A stretch of DNA of 64,000 nucleotides. Origin: Octopus sinensis (taxonomy: Eukaryota). Position 1 is the stretch's first letter, and each line of letters starts with the position of its first letter. Below, one piece after another: positions 62,831 through 64,000 of this stretch. The DNA lies in assembly GCF_006345805.1 (NCBI RefSeq), contig NC_043007.1, forward strand, positions 72,912,001-72,976,000, read 5' to 3'. Position numbers and translations under genes: made by a program. The notes under the pieces were generated by a model, which was given only the letters and a program-made list of their open reading frames with translations, had not been told where the DNA came from and ran no database searches.

Positions 62831-64000
62831 AAACCAATAATACTGGCTACATATGTAGTCCAGTTACAAATCAATATTAAAATATAGAAATAAAAAATGT
62901 TAACCTTCCATTTTCACATTATCATCAATGCCGTTTACCACCTCATTCATCCTACAGCTTCTATGCTTTTGGAACACTCACTTACACAGTAAATTAGATC
63001 AACTAGGTTTTTTGAGCATTTAAAAGACTTACATAAGCTCTATCTGCAAACTCTTCCTGTGCATACAAAGTCTACCTTCTCTGTAAGCCAGTGACCTCAC
63101 TTACACTTGTTTTATGTCCATAATTTACATTGGGTGTGCTATATGAAATTTCTACCTATTCAGTTTTTTGCAAAACTATCATTTTCCTGATGGTATCAGA
63201 GTCTGTTTTCCCTTCTTACTAAAATCTTAGTCTGCTGCTGGCTTTTGCAGTATCATCATCATTATCTTCTTGCACATCTCGTCTTTATTGACATTTATCA
63301 TTATCAACAACATTCATAATTTTACCTGTGTATATTAGAATCTTGTTGATCCTCCTCACTTCTATGTCAATTACTTTTCTCATCAAAAATATTAAATTTA
63401 CTAACACTTTTTGTCAATATTTCTGATTCTACCATTTATTCTACCACTGAATGGCTACTCTTTAAGATACAAGGAAATGTGATAATTCTTCTTTACACAT
63501 ACTTACTTTAAATCTGTTGTTGATGTTAGTCTTCTCTAACATCTGATATAAAATATTAAAATACTCGTAAAATATGCGTAGTCAAAATGTTGTGCAGTAT
63601 ATTAGCTCATTCCCTCCATAACATATACAATGCATATACCGGTGCCACACATCAGATGTCAAAGTAATTGCAGAGTAACATGAGATGAAGTGTTTTTCTC
63701 AAGATCACAATGTGCAACCTGGCAATTCGGAAATATCCAATGTCAAGAATATGAAATTCTTTTTTTTATCTTTTCATCTAGTTTCAGCTCAGGAGCTGTG
63801 GACATGCTGGGGCACCACCATTTGGTGTTGCTACATGATTTTACTTCATGAATGCTTTTTAGCAATTGACATTTGGTGCATGAGAGAGTTTGATGCAGCT
63901 GCACTCATTTGCACCTCCTCTCACGAAGTTGGTTCATCTGGGACACCTGACAGGAAGAGGTCCTAATTTATTTTGAAGACACCTACATCCACCCCATCCA
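62831..64000 (+). repeat. Near-identical direct copy of 52425-53595
   Basis: Matches from the first base after the gap; I found three substitutions and one 1-nt indel. Confidence 0.95.

Overview
AT-rich, repeat-dense eukaryotic DNA with long (TA)n/(TAA)n microsatellites and tRNA-headed SINEs; a coleoid cephalopod such as Octopus is my inference from repeat style. The one host gene I can support is a minus-strand IL-17-receptor-like (SEFIR) gene. Five exons can be joined by hand in frame with canonical splice sites (51884-51730, 50991-50932, 44766-44664, TM exon 41591-41436, SEFIR exon 29690-28972), and a 16-nt micro-exon at 57294-57279 is possible. Its introns hold a Polinton/Maverick-type virus relic (major capsid protein, packaging ATPase, two more ORFs), a type III hammerhead ribozyme fold beside that relic, and a sense-strand type I hammerhead fold inside a 258-bp palindrome. 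The rest is nested mobile DNA (R4/Dong split by a pogo-like element, CR1/L2-like, RTE, Penelope, Gypsy split by a Helitron-like element, Tc1, Merlin, near-intact hAT, piggyBac, MITEs), a ~50-bp-unit tandem array, an old local duplication, and a near-identical duplication after a 100-N gap. Most ORFs in the supplied track are microsatellite or antisense artefacts. All family assignments come from motif recognition by eye; no searches were run.
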